Shown: piece by piece, positions 32,345 to 52,765 of the stretch
Layout: each line of letters begins with the position of its first letter
How positions within the stretch are numbered: the first letter of the stretch is position 1
NCBI GenBank assembly: GCA_002269645.1
Contig: NIVC01000350.1
Coordinates: forward strand, 372,001-436,000
Direction of reading: 5' to 3'
From: Macrostomum lignano
Lineage: Eukaryota
DNA: 64,000 bases
Made by a program: the position numbers and the translations under genes
Notes under the pieces: generated by a model
The model's database searches: none
Told to the model about the DNA's origin: nothing
Seen by the model: only the letters and a program-made list of their open reading frames with translations

Positions 32345-35300
32345 TATAGTTGCACTAATTGTTACAGTACTTGGTTGCTGTCATTGCCATTATAGTTGCA
32401 CACCAACAGAAACCACGGGCGTTATTACAAATTAAGCATAAACTATATCCTTGAGTTCATGACCTTTTATATTTAAGGAAACATATGATATATGGGTGGG
32501 CCAAGTGATCATGGGTCCAATTGTTCAATTGTACTTTTCCTTTTTATGCAATTGTACATTTGGTATTAAGTAAAAGTAATTTATCCTTGCTAAAGACAAG
32601 ACAAATAGTTAATAAAAAGAGACATGTACAGTGTAACAATTATGGTTTAGAGCCATTTTTCTCGTCAGTGTTTGTCTTTGTACATACATGTACATTGCGA
32701 AGACTTATCTGGACCCAATCCCTTCTTATTCTACATGTACGCTGTTTTGGGTATGGGGGTTAGACTTGGGCCGTCTGACACCCCCTCCCCCCCCCCCTAC
32801 CATAGTGGACTGGAGAGAAGCACATGCTATCGCTATTGGCTAGCCTGTCGTTCTCTTTCTCTTTACCTTCTGTCTTGTGTAGCGTACACTATGCAATGCA
32901 CAAGGCCCAACTTTCCAAAAAAGGAAGGTTCATATAGTCCGCCAATGGGCTTCCTCTCGCTTTCGGGTACACTCAAGGCCACTCACTCTCAACACCAACC
33001 ACTAGAGGCTTGTTTTAAATAATCGATCGATAATATTAAATGTACACTTGAGGCAAGCTTTCAAGTGTGTTTGGATCCTAACAGAAGGGGGAGAAAGTGG
33101 CCAAGGCCACCACACCCCACAAGGCAGGGAGGCCGGCCCAAGTGCGCAAACAAATGACAAAATGAAATTAGAAAAGTACAATTTACGCTTCAACTTTCAT
33201 AGGTCAAATACAATAAATGCAATAATAGGTACGGTATTAATGACAGTGTATCTTAGCACAAAAGCAGCTACTTTCAAACCACCAGCACGTAAACAGCTAA
33301 AATTTCACTGTTTATGAAATTTGATAAAATTTAACACATCATTTTAGATATTGAAAACTTTTAAAGGAGGGTATTACTGTTGCATGTGACTATAAAATTG
33401 TGGTAGGTATAGCTGATGATGAAACTGGTGATTGGTATCTAGCTTTTTTGATAACTTAGCCGGTTAGACCCCGAAATAGCTATTGTAATTTGTAACGCTG
33501 GAGCCAAATACAATGGAGCGATTAGTTTCTCTCAAATCTGTCTCTGCCAGTGCCAGTTTAGTCCGTAGTAAAATAGTAAGTAACCAAAGTAAAATACCCA
33601 TTAGTGGTCCCGTTTCTAATGTTTATAAATATTAAGCTTCAATTTACTTTTGGCACAGTATGCAATTTTGAAAATTCACCCTAATAACGGTTTGCATCAG
33701 CAGGAAAGTAACTATTTTGTTGTTGGAAATCGGATTAAGCAGTCAAAAGAGTGTATTTCTATGAAAAAAGGTACTTTTTTCCATTTTTTCAAATATTTAA
33801 ACAGGTTTCGCTCTTTCAATAAAAAAATCATCGCAGTACCTTATAGTACAGTTAGTTTGGAATTAAATGACGGCGTTGAATTGTTTCTTCCATATTCCAA
33901 AAATTATAATGAGCACTTTTCCTCAAAGCAGTTTGAGATCATGATTTTTAGTCTTTCGTCGATAACTTTCTGATTTCAAATGTTTAAGAAATGAAAATTT
34001 CCACACTTGTGTATCTTTGAATTGCGCATCGATTGGTGCATAGTATGTATGCTTAACTATTAGCGGTATAGAAAAAAATGCAAAAAACTGTAAAAGTACA
34101 TTCCCAATTTTTGCATTTTTTGCAACCAAAGTGCCAACTTTTTGTTACAATTGAAAAAAACAACCCAATGATGTTATGCATCTTAGTAAGGCGCACTTAT
34201 AACCCTCGAACATTTTTAGCTCGAGCTTTAATGTGCATGAGGAAATGCACTTTTGTAAAGACATAATCTTATGACAAACATTTCAACTGAAGCCTGTTCC
34301 TTTTTTCCTCAGTGAATACATACAAAACTATACTCGTTAAATAGATCAGATTCTTCTCTTTAAAATGACACCTCACTTGTGAAATTCGCACTTGTAGTTT
34401 TGAAGTTACAGCAGTTTTTGTGAGATTTTTCTTGTCATTTTTTCGATGCACACGTCTCATATTATTATATTCGTCACAAGCCAGACCACCCAATGCGCTT
34501 CGCGCATTGGCTGGCTGTTTGTTCCTCATGCTCGGCACTTTGTGCCTCGCGCGTTCGCTCCGCTCACCCCACAACCCCAAGGACACGCGCTTCGCGCGTG
34601 TCCTTGGGTTTGTGGGTTTCGTGGAGCTCACTGGGAACTAGCGATAGCAGCTAGAATTGCTCCTATATAGGCTATACGTGCAATTATATTAAAGGAAGAC
34701 TCAATCAAGATCTGTGAAGGGAAATGATCATGCAATATGATGATTGCATCAAATTAAAACCCAAATATAAGCACACTCCTACATGTATTTCACTGACTTG
34801 ATTAAGCTACACGCATTTCTATGAAACTAATGTAAGTGTCTTCGTTACATTGTCATTACATGTCATGCACTTTCCAGCGATTAATTAATTAATATAGTTA
34901 TTGTTACGATAGTAAATATAAATCTCAAGTTGTCTAGTTGAATACTTTTTAAGTACATGTAGATAGCTGGGTCTTAAATTGGTCTTAAAATGTCATAGTA
35001 TATTGTTTTCCTTTGACAATTGGCTGTTGTAGCCATTGTAGGCAGACGAAGAGTTTGATAGAACCTTGAAATTCGAAGCTAAGCAACCAAGTGTGACGTC
35101 ACCACCGAGCCGAGGCGTGTGCATGTACTACGCTAGATATAGCGACGATGTATATCTTTTTACGTTTATCTATGGACAATATTTTCATTTTCACAAACTT
35201 ATTCACAAACAGTGTCGATCTGTTTAAATTATCGAAGCATGTTACTATTATTAACCATTTAGTCCCTCGCTGGCTTGGTCCCCGTTTGAGTGGGGGGGGG

Positions 35301-36226
35301 AAATTCCTTAAAATGACGCCTAATTGACATGAATCAAAACTTTTATCAGTCAAAAGAGTTTTTCTTCGTCAACCGAAAAACCATTTTTCAATCAGCGAAT
35401 AGTGCTTAACCTTTCAAGTACCAACTATTAGTGCATATTGTCAATAACCGGACGTTAACCTGTTATAAAACAATAGCTAATAATCTTACACAGTTATTTA
35501 TTAGCCCGGCTCAAAGAAATACACAGAAAGTAAGCATTTGCAGGCACACACTAGACAGCAAACGTGTATAGGCAGATAGACCGTGTGAGTCAATCTAACT
35601 AGTCTATAGCAGCTCTTATACAGTTGTATGACTGATTGATAGTGGTATTCTTTTGACTACATGGTCAAAACGAATGAGAATCCGATAGTCTATGGTAAAG
35701 TGTTCAGACAGGTTTATCGACTAGATCGTTAAGTTTTGGAGTTCCGTCTCTTTTGTCTATGGTTAAACTTGTGAACTGTACGAGTGTACAGGCATTTCAA
35801 CATTCTTGCTGTCAGTCACTATAAAAGTACACACCGACACTATATCCATCTATCACACAAGAGTAACAACATTTTTTCAATGAACCATAGACTAGCTAAA
35901 TACTCTATCAATCGAGCAACGCAGGCTACTGAGGATTTGCCATAGACATGTATCTTGTTGTATAAACTGTACAAGGGAATGAGCTGAGACGACTATAAAA
36001 TCAACCAACAAATCGATCAGCCTATCAATTCGACATACTATACCACTCGGCTCGATCCCAGCTATCTCACTTAATAATCTTCTATATAACTAGCTAATTG
36101 CTTTTTAAGCGAACAGTAAGTAGTGGACTTCTTTTATTATTATTGTCAAAATATTTAGTGCTATTTATTATCATTTATCGAAATGTGCATAACATAATGG
36201 AATAATGATTACACTTTTCTACAGAC

Positions 36227-43882
<7,656 letters not shown>

Positions 43883-43884
43883 AA

Positions 43885-44190
43885 TTTTGGGATTTAATCC
43901 CAGATCCTCAGATCGGGATTTCATCTCAGATCCTCAGATTGGTATTTTATCCTAGATCCTCAGATTGGGATTTAATCCCAAATCCTCAGATTGGGATTTC
44001 ATCCTAGATCCTCAGATTGGGATTTAATCCCAGATCCTCAGATTGGGATTTCATCCTAGATCCTCAGATTGGGATTTCATCTCAGATCCTCAGATTGGGA
44101 TTTCATCCTAAATCCTCAGATTGGGATTTAATCCCAGATCCTCAGATTAGGATTCATACCAGATCCTCAGGTTAGGATTTTATCCCCGAT
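43885..44190. repeat. 26-bp minisatellite immediately after the stop codon
   Basis: GATCCTCAGATTGGGATTTAATCCCA in tandem. Confidence 0.92.
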
Positions 44191-44704
44191 CCTCTCTTTA
44201 GACCTCGCCCCGCGATTCATGCAACAAACCTTTTACTTATCACACTACTGACAAGTATTACGAGAAGTGCGCTTGATTATTTAGTACTCGTAGTTTTGTA
44301 ATGCAATTCTGCGATTCTCTCTTTTTGCCACTGTCACGATTGGGGCCAGGCGATCCTGTACTATCGTGAGTCATGCAGTTCGCCCTGCAGTTTGGGAGCT
44401 CAGACATATCCGCCTTTGAGTAGAAATTGATTTTTTTCTTTTAAACATTTGAGCAGTTTTTGTTGGCAATCAGCGATGCTTTTTAGAGAGCCGCGCTGGT
44501 CAAGCTTTCCACTCTGCTCTCCTTTGTTATTTGCAAATAAACTAGCACAAAAATTGAGGCTAGTTTTGCCGCATGAATTTGCTTCTTTTTACTTCTGGCA
44601 TACTTTTAACTCACTAATAATTGCATTATTGGTAGTGCTCTTTTTGACAGTATCTTTTTTATGGGCGTCTTTTATCTACCTTTACTATTTCTTACATGTG
44701 TTTA

Positions 44705-45318
44705 GCTAGATTAGCAATCCATTCTATTCCTTCATCAATGATGTAGGCTAGATTAGCAATCCATCCTATCTCTGCATCCATGATGTAGGCTAGATTAGCA
44801 ATCCATTATATTCCTGCATCCATGATGTTGGCTAGATTAGCAATCCATCCAATCCCTGCATCCATGATGTAGGCTAGATTAGCAATCCATTCTATTCCTG
44901 CATCCATGATGTAGGCTAGATTAGCAATCCATTCTATTCCTGCATCCTTGATGTAGGCTAGATTAGCAATCCATTCTATTCCTGCATCCATGATGTAGGC
45001 TAGATTAGCAATCCATTCTATTCCTGCATCCATGATGTAGGCTAGATTAGCAATCCATTCTATTCCTGCATCCATGATGTAGGCTAGATTAGCAATCCAT
45101 TCTATTCCTGCATCCATGATGTAGGCTAGATTAGCAATCCATTCTATTCCTGCATCCATGATTTAGGCCAGATCACAGATACTAGAATAACTAGATGGTC
45201 CACTCTGGCATATATACTTGGCAGAAGAGCTTTCTACTTTCAGTTCAGTAGCAAAGAAGAATACATAAGCTACTTAAGCTACATAAGCTACATAAGCTAC
45301 AATAATACATAATAATAC

Positions 45319-45349
<31 letters not shown>

Positions 45350-45782
45350 ATAATAATACATAAGCTACATAAAATACATAAGCTATTTTATAAGAATAAG
45401 GCAGCTGAAATGACTGATAAGTTTAGAAGCCCAAGCTTGCAGGCGTAAACAGCTTGCTAATTGGTTCAACCATAATGTACATTAGCCACTGAAATGTACA
45501 AGGCAGATTTAGGCTGGAACAACCGAAGAAGGTAATAAAATTAGGTCGCGGCCGGGGGTAGAGGTTCTATGAGGAGTTTGAGGGTTTAATAGCTTGGGGG
45601 GGTAAGAGCCAATAAATAAGCTTTGTCTTTAAAAATACATTAAAATGCTTCTGTTTAACTTACTACTGAACTGAAAGTAGCTGGCACGCAAATGTGCCGA
45701 GTGGCCTATCTAGTTGTTCTAGTATCTGTGGGCTAGATTAGCAATCCATTCTATTCCTGCATCCATGATGTAGGCTAGATTC
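44705..45782 (-). repeat. 42-bp satellite family A, inverted, split by a MITE
   Basis: Reverse complement of the 7515-8725 unit at 44705-45170 and 45731-45782. Confidence 0.92.
45174..45730 (+). mobile_element. hAT-like MITE inserted in satellite A
   Basis: TIR CACAGATACTAGAATAACTAGAT / ATCTAGTTGTTCTAGTATCTGTG; flanks GGCCAGAT / GGCTAGAT (8 bp, part of the satellite unit). Confidence 0.78.
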
Positions 45783-46379
45783 TATCCCCTTATTTTGGCT
45801 AGACTCTCAAATCATTTTGTTCCGCCATCCAAATGCTTGACCAGAAATCTCCATGGCAACAGCGCACCCTTTACCCGTCCGCCTCGCCGGTCTGCAATCA
45901 TTCCACGTGTCGACTCTGATAGGGGTATTTGAAAAGTCCGTCGGCTTGGAAAATCTTAGATAATGAGGAACTGACTGGACGGAAGCTGCGCCCTCAGTCT
46001 CTCATTTTGTGTTTGCTCAGCTCCCAGCCAACTTTCTGCCTGCTTTGCATGCGATTCCCGCCACTGCTGTCTTCTTTCGCCCGGCTTATTTCTATCCTAA
46101 TTGAATCCAGCGAGCCAACTTGGCGCCATTGTATCGGTTTGCTAATTGTGTTTTGCTACCATTCTTGAGGCCGGGTAAATCTATATCTAACACTGAGCTA
46201 AAGTAAAATTTGATTGCATATAATTCTTTTACGAGCGTATATCTAGCCTCTGAACTTCAGTTTGTCAGCCAAGCGAAGCTCTCGGTAGTTGGGATTTCTC
46301 TCTTGCTAGATTCGGTTTTGCGGATGAGGAGTCCATAGCTAATCCACTTTCTCTCTTAATTTCGAGACCGGCGTTTTGT

Positions 46380-47345
46380 CACTCAGATTTTGAGAATACA
46401 AAATTTGGCACAATAATTTGAGGTCGCAACATTTCGAGTATGAGATTTCGAGGATGCAACATCTCGACTCTGAGATTTCGAGGATACAACATCTCGAGTC
46501 TGAGATTTCGAGGATGCAACATTTCGAGACAGATTTTGAGAATGCAACATCTCAGGTCAGATTTTGAGGATTGCAACATCTCAGATCAGATTTTGAGGAT
46601 GCAACATCTTAGGTTAGATTTTGAGGATGCAACATCTCAGGTCAGATTTTGAGGATGCAACATTTCGAGACAGATTTTGAGAATGCAACATCTTAGGTTA
46701 GATTTTGAGGATGCAACATCTTAGGTTAGATTTTGAGGATGCAACATCTCAGGTCAGATTTTGAGGATGCAACATTTCGAGACAGATTTTGAGAATGCAA
46801 CATCTTAGGTTAGATTTTGAGGATGCAACATCTCAGGTCAGATTTTGAGGATGCAACATCTCAGGTCAGATTTTGAGGATGCAACATCTCAGGTCAGATT
46901 TTGAGGATTGCAACATCTCAGGTCAGATTTTGAGGATGCAACATCTCAGGTCAGATTTTGAGGATGCAACATTTCGAGACAGATTTTGAGAATGCAACAT
47001 CTTAGGTTAGATTTTGAGGATGCAACATCTCAGGTCAGATTTTGAGGATGCAACATTTCGAGACAGATTTTGAGAATGCAACATCTTAGGTTAGATTTTG
47101 AGGATGCAACATCTCAGGTCAGATTTTGAGGATGCAACATCTCAGGTCAGATTTTGAGGATGCAACATCTCGAGTCTGAGATTTCGAGGATGCAACATTT
47201 CGAGTCTGAGATTTCGAGGATGCAACATTTCGAGTCTGAGATTTCGAGGATGCAACATTTCGAGTCTGAGATTTTGAGAATGCAACATTTCGAGACTGAT
47301 ATTTCGAGGATGCAAAATCTTGGCACAGACTTTAAGGATGCAACA
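46380..47345. repeat. 28/30-bp minisatellite
   Basis: CTCAGGTCAGATTTTGAGGATGCAACAT and GAGATTTCGAGGATGCAACATTTCGAGTCT variants. Confidence 0.93.
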
Positions 47346-47973
47346 TTCCGATAATACGAGCATAAATAACAGATATCTTTAAAAGAGGCAAATGCAATGT
47401 TGGTGTAACTTGGAACGACGAGTCTCTGCGCGCAGCTGATGCAGCATTGAATGTCAGAAAGAGAGAGTAAAGCAGACCTTGTTTTCCAAGGTGCCGCAAG
47501 CGGAAACAGACTTTATTCCAAAGTACATTCAGTTTGTTACACAAAAAGCAACATTATTTGCCTAGGCAGTATTGACTAGCACAATTATCTTGGGGTAAAG
47601 CTGTTTCAAACAAGAGGAAAGATAAAACGACCTACCTATAGCTGTTGTAGTGTTCTTAACGAGACTGCAGCGCTTTCACGAGCTCTGTACAATTGTATCT
47701 CTGCAGTAAAAGTTTATGCTCGTAAACTTGGTGTAAGCTTCGTTAAGCAGTTCTGCCTCTCTGCTGCATGATTTCCAGTGAAGTACCGCTTGGTTTCATG
47801 GTGCTGAATTTTATTTGTTTGCTGTTCGGCAAGCAAAATAATCGTAAATTTTGTCTGCGAGATTTGGTCAAGCGAGCCATTAACGGAGGGTGGATATGAT
47901 ATCAGGTCAGTTCAGTATCAATTTAATAAAATATTATCATTAGAATATAGTCCCTAGCCATTTGTCCCTGCTC

Positions 47974-48663
47974 TCAACCGCTCTCCTTGTCCTTCTTATC
48001 TTTCTTGTCCTTGTCCTTCTTCTCCTTGTCCTTGTCCTTCTTGTCCTTGTCCTTGTCCTTGTCCTTCTTGTCCTTCTTGTTCGGACAGATGATCACTGGA
48101 CAATTGGCGTTGTGCAGCAAGTGGTCGCTAACAGAGCCAAGGAATGTGCGCTTAATCTTGCCAAGGCCGCGAGACCCAATCACTACGCAGTTGATGTCGG
48201 ACTCGTGAATGAATTTCACCAGAGTCTCGCCCGGTTTCGTGCCGATCAGCTCCTGGAACTGCGCGGCCGAGGCCGGCAAGCCCAGCTGTTTCAGCTGGCC
48301 GAAGAACTTCGCTTTGAGTCGGTTGGCCTCTTTCAAGCCGTCATTGTAGGCCTTGTTGCCCTCTTGCACGAACGAGGAGCCGCTCTGACCGTCAGCCGGC
48401 GAGTACTGCGGCGGGTCCAGCACGAAGGCCAGCACAGCGATGTCGCCGTTCCGGTACAGGTTGCCTAGGAACCAGTGGAATGCGCGCTCGCTGTGCTGCG
48501 AGCCGTCCACTGGCAGGAGGACACGGCGAGGCGCGGTCTGGTCGGCCAGCTTGAGCATGCTCATCTCCGAGGTGATGCTGGCCTTGCGATAATCCGCCTG
48601 CTCCTGGGCTGTCTTGCCGTCTGAGCTGCCGCTGGCGGTACTGGCTGCTGCGGCCTCCGCCAT
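47974..48663 (-). CDS. Universal stress protein (USP/UspA-like) domain protein, intronless, with a Lys/Asp-rich tail
   Basis: RRVLLPVDGSQHSERAFHW, then GETLVKFIHESDINCVVIGSRGLGKIKRTFLGSVSDHLLHNANCPVIICP (G-SRG-x9-GS-VS ATP-binding signature); 229 aa; GC-rich codon usage like the other exons. Confidence 0.92.
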   Translation of the reverse strand: MAEAAAASTASGSSDGKTAQEQADYRKASITSEMSMLKLADQTAPRRVLLPVDGSQHSERAFHWFLGNLYRNGDIAVLAFVLDPPQYSPADGQSGSSFVQEGNKAYNDGLKEANRLKAKFFGQLKQLGLPASAAQFQELIGTKPGETLVKFIHESDINCVVIGSRGLGKIKRTFLGSVSDHLLHNANCPVIICPNKKDKKDKDKDKDKKDKDKEKKDKDKKDKKDKESG

Positions 48664-48689
48664 CGCTGCAACTGCGGGGATTATTCGTT

Positions 48690-48930
48690 GGATTGCTATA
48701 TAAGGAATAGAATGGATTGTTAATCTACATCATGCGGATGTAAGGAATAGAATGGATTGCTAATCTACAGCATGCGGATATAAGGAATAGAATGGATTGC
48801 TAATCTACATCATGCGGATATAATGAATAGAATTGATTGCTAATCTACATCGTGTGGATGTAAGGAATAGAATGAATTGCTTATCTCAAGTCCTACGGGT
48901 GTGAAGAATATAATGGATTGCTAACCTAAT
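48690..48930 (+). repeat. Satellite family A, shortened variant
   Basis: TGGATTGCTAATCTACATCATGCGGATGTAAGGAATAGAA units directly upstream of the USP start codon. Confidence 0.85.
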
Positions 48931-51899
48931 CTACGCGCATACTATTTTAAGGCATTGAATGTTTGCAGATTAGTTCCTCAGCCCCATACACAGAAGGCAG
49001 CCGAATCACCAGCTAAAACAGATTAATTCCCGCATGACCATCTCATTTCGAGTCACCAAAGCTTTTGTCTGCCTTCTCAGTGCACAGTAGTGCCTGGTGG
49101 CCCAATGGGACGGCACAGAAACTAATTTTGATCCTCTCAGCTGTTGACGCGACCGTTGGCGCATCGGACTCAGTAAGGGATCTGTTTGATGAGGCGAGCA
49201 ACTGATGCAGATGCATCGGGACGGAGAGAAAGGGAGGGAGAACTCAGAAGCTGCTCATGTCTAATTAAATTCTGCCGCCAGCCCGGTCCTACCTACCCCC
49301 TCGTCTGCCTGGACTCAGCACCGAGTATTTGATTTCGAGTATCAATTATTTAGACTGCATATGTTGACATTTCTGCTTTTCCTTCTCTAATATAGTCCAA
49401 GGGCATGGAGCATGATCAGCAGACACGAAGCTTGCTGCGGTGTGTGCCTCATCATTTATCATGGAGAACTACTGCCGAATAATGAGCACTTTTCTCTCCT
49501 CACTCCGCAATATAAGCTATAGGGATATTTTTGGGATGCGCAGGATCGATTCTTGACCAGCGCGAGGAATTCTTTGCTCAAGAGAGAGATAGATAGGAAC
49601 AGCAGAAGCTTCTTTGGCTTGCTCCCGAAAACAGCAATAATTTATTATTCATACAGAGGAGGCTGGGCGGCCAAGGCTAAGCCACTTCCCTCAATTTCGT
49701 GCGCAGCTTCCCAATACATCTCTTCCATATCTATTAACTATTGATCGCCGGTCGTGTCCCGGGGAGCGAGCAGATTCCATCAAGCTTGAATGGGCGAGGC
49801 GGACAACATCGGGGGGGGGAGGAGAGAAAGGGGGAGACGCTAGCTGCGCTCTTCTCAATCGCCGAACTTTGGAATTCAGAGATGAGGTGAAGCCTCTGCA
49901 TCCTCTCGACGTGTACTCTGGATTGGAATCTGCCTTTTCGAGTTTGCAAACTGCGGTTTTCTCAATCCCCTGGTAGCTAGTTAGAATTTTCCACTCCAGA
50001 ATCTACACTCAGATCTCCATATAGATGAAAATCCCGCAGTTTCCTCTCCAGAATCTACACTCAGATCTCTATAGATGGATGGAAATCTTGCAGTTTTCTC
50101 TCCAGAATCTACACTCAGATCTCCATAGACTCCACAGTTTCCCATCCAGTTTCTACATCAGATTCCAGGACTCAATTGCCCGGTTGCAATCCGTTACAAA
50201 TCCAGATTTGCACAGTTTTAAGAATTCCATGGCCAAGCCCTCGTCACTTCAGTCTAATTGGGTGAGGAATGGGGAGAAAAGGAGAGAGGCTCGTGCGAGC
50301 GCACGCGATCGCAGACTTTGAATTGTCCCCAACCCTCCCCTCGGGAATTCGTCCCTTAGCCTCGAAAGCATAATAGACTAGAGTTTACAAAGTGCTTTAT
50401 AATTTGACTCTAGTTCCTGACTAGAGACTAGATGATCTTACTACGCAGCCAGCCTAAGCAAGATGCCGCCGCAGATGCCAGGAAGGAAGCTGGCCTGCCT
50501 CATCCTGCTGAATGTTTGCCAACCTCTCCTCTCCTCACCCCCCCCCCCCCCAGAAGCTCGCGGCTGTCTGTTCTGGAAGTTGATTTTCAGTCCCGGCCCC
50601 TTCACTCTCCCCCCCATCCCGAGTCTCAGCTCAGAAGTAAGCAGCAATGCTGTTGCCCCCGATGCTTCTCTGGTAAAGCATCGCCGCCTTTCAAAAAGAA
50701 TCGAACCCGGAGATAAACGAGAAAGCGAGTGTGCGTCTCGGATAGGCCAAAACAGGGAAGGGGATGGATATTGTGCGCGTGGCAACAGCGATACTGCGGC
50801 TCGAGTTCAGATGGGAGGCGATATCGAGGACAGGCCCGGGGCGGACTGGCTATGTCTCGATTGTGAGCCGAGCATTTCCCCTGGCAACTAAGTCTGACTG
50901 AGACGGCAATTGGCTGGGGCGGCGACAGGTGCGGCTCGTGTCCGGAGTTTTCCTTACCCCCCCCCTCTCCTGGCCCTCAGAAAACTTGGTGAGCCTCATC
51001 ATCTGCGCGCTTATCCGCTTGCACTTTTGCTATTCTAGATTGAAAATCCTTCAGTAATCAGCTGCTGCAGCTGCCCGGCCAGCAGGATGTGACGACAGAA
51101 AGCACTTAAGCACTCGCCAGTTTGTCGATAAGCTCGCCAATATAAGAGCCTAGAGCCTCCCGGTTAGTGAATAACCCGATTTTCACTTCACTGTGCCCTG
51201 TGCTGCTTGTAAATTGCAATGCAGTTATGGAATACGAACTGTGGGACCGGCCCCTTGGCGCTCGATTTCTTGTGGACGGCCACAATTCATTTCGGACTTG
51301 TCGGGCGATTCACACCCCTTTCTGAGGACCAACCTCCGATGTACACCCTGTGTGAGCGTGTGTATGAGCTTGTTCCAGCGTACAGTACTGGCGCGCTTGT
51401 AGCTCGTACGTGTGCTCAGGACTCAGCGGAATGGCCGTCAGTGCTGGCTGTGAGACGATGCCCCCCTACTGCCCTGCTGTTAAGGATCTCTGCCCATAAA
51501 AAGCCATCATTCCTGAAAAGGGGGGATCGCTAACAGCTCCTTTAGCTGAACATCACTGCCCTAGCAGCTTCCGAACCTCTTTTATTGGCTTGTCAACGAA
51601 GCAATCTAGAATTGTCGGCCCCTTGCATTGCGCGCGCTGTAGTTAAGCGTATGCTGTTCGCTATGCTAGTGAAGAGGAGGGAGCGGAGAGAGTGAGAGGA
51701 CGCTTAAGGAGAAAAGAAGATGAAAAAAGGGGGAAGAAAGTGACACTGGAAGGGTAAGAGGATCGTTAATCCCTACAACCGGCCGATGCAGTACCAAACC
51801 AAACTGCGGTAGTGCACATGGTTACACAGAGGGACGAAGGCTGGCATGCAGCAGTGGGATCAATTTCCCCAGTTTTTTTGGACCCATTCGCTTGCATTT

Positions 51900-52765
51900 A
51901 GCGTCCTGTATCCTGTTCAGTGTCCTGTATGTCTGCAGTGCTTGTGTCTGTAATTTCAGTGTCCTGTATAGAGCTGTCTGTAGTGCTTGTGTCTGTAAGT
52001 TTAGTGTCCTGTATAGAGCAGTCTGTAGTGATTGTGTCTGTAAGTTCAGTGTCCTGTATAGAGCAGTCTGTGGTGATTGTGTCTGTAAGTTCAGTGTCCT
52101 GTATAGAGCAGTCTGTGGTGATTGTGTCTGTAAGTTCAGTGTCCTGTATAGAGCAGTCTGTAGTGATTGTGTCTGTAAGTTCAGTGTCCTGTATAGAGCT
52201 GTCTGTAGTGCTTGTGTCTGTAAGTTCAGTGTCCTGTATAGAGCTGTCTGTAGTGCTTGTGTCTGTAAGTTCAGTGTCCTGTATAGAGCTGTCTGTAGTG
52301 CTTGTGTCTGTAAGTTCAGTGTCCTGTATAGAGCTGTCTGTAGTGCTTGTGTCTGTAAGTTCCGTGTCCTGTATAGAGCTGTCTGTAGTGCTTGTGTCTG
52401 TAAGTTCAGTGTCCTGTATAGAGCTGTCTGTAGTGCTTGTGTCTGTAAGTTCAGTGTCCTGTATAGAGCTGTCTGTAGTGATTGTGTCTGTAAGTTTAGT
52501 GTCCTGTATAGAGCTGTCTGTAGTGATTGTGTCTGTAAGTTCAGTGTCCTGTATAGAGCAGTCTGTAGTGCTTGTGTCTGTAAGTTCAGTGTCCTGTATA
52601 GAGCTGTCTGTAGTGATTGTGTCTGTAATTTCAGTGTCCTGTATAGAGCAGTCTGTAGTGATTGTGTCTGTAAGTTCCGTGTCCTGTATAGAGCAGTCTG
52701 TAGTGATTGTGTCTGTAAGTTCAGTGTCCTGTATAGAGCTGTCTGTATTGATTGTGTCTGGAAGT
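51900..52765. repeat. 45-bp minisatellite
   Basis: GTGTCCTGTATAGAGCTGTCTGTAGTGCTTGTGTCTGTAAGTTCA in tandem. Confidence 0.95.

Larger units (their letters stand above)
25035..34658 (-). mobile_element. Helitron2/Helentron-type rolling-circle transposon, apparently full length
   Basis: Contains OTU, Rep (HUH, Y2) and PIF1 helicase coding regions; inverted 11-mer CCCAGTGAGCT (25057-25067) / AGCTCACTGGG (34625-34635) with short stem-loops just outside; internal tandem array; exact ends inferred. Confidence 0.85.

Noticed and set aside
32440-34420. Possible captured gene in the Helitron 5' region (ORFs 32672-33022 and 33650-33973)
   Set aside because: Short, AT-rich, with no motif and no supported splice chain.
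49400-51550. GC-rich ORFs (50025-50321, 50432-50891, 51193-51533)
   Set aside because: No recognisable domain or consistent exon chain; more likely regulatory, UTR or decayed repeat sequence.
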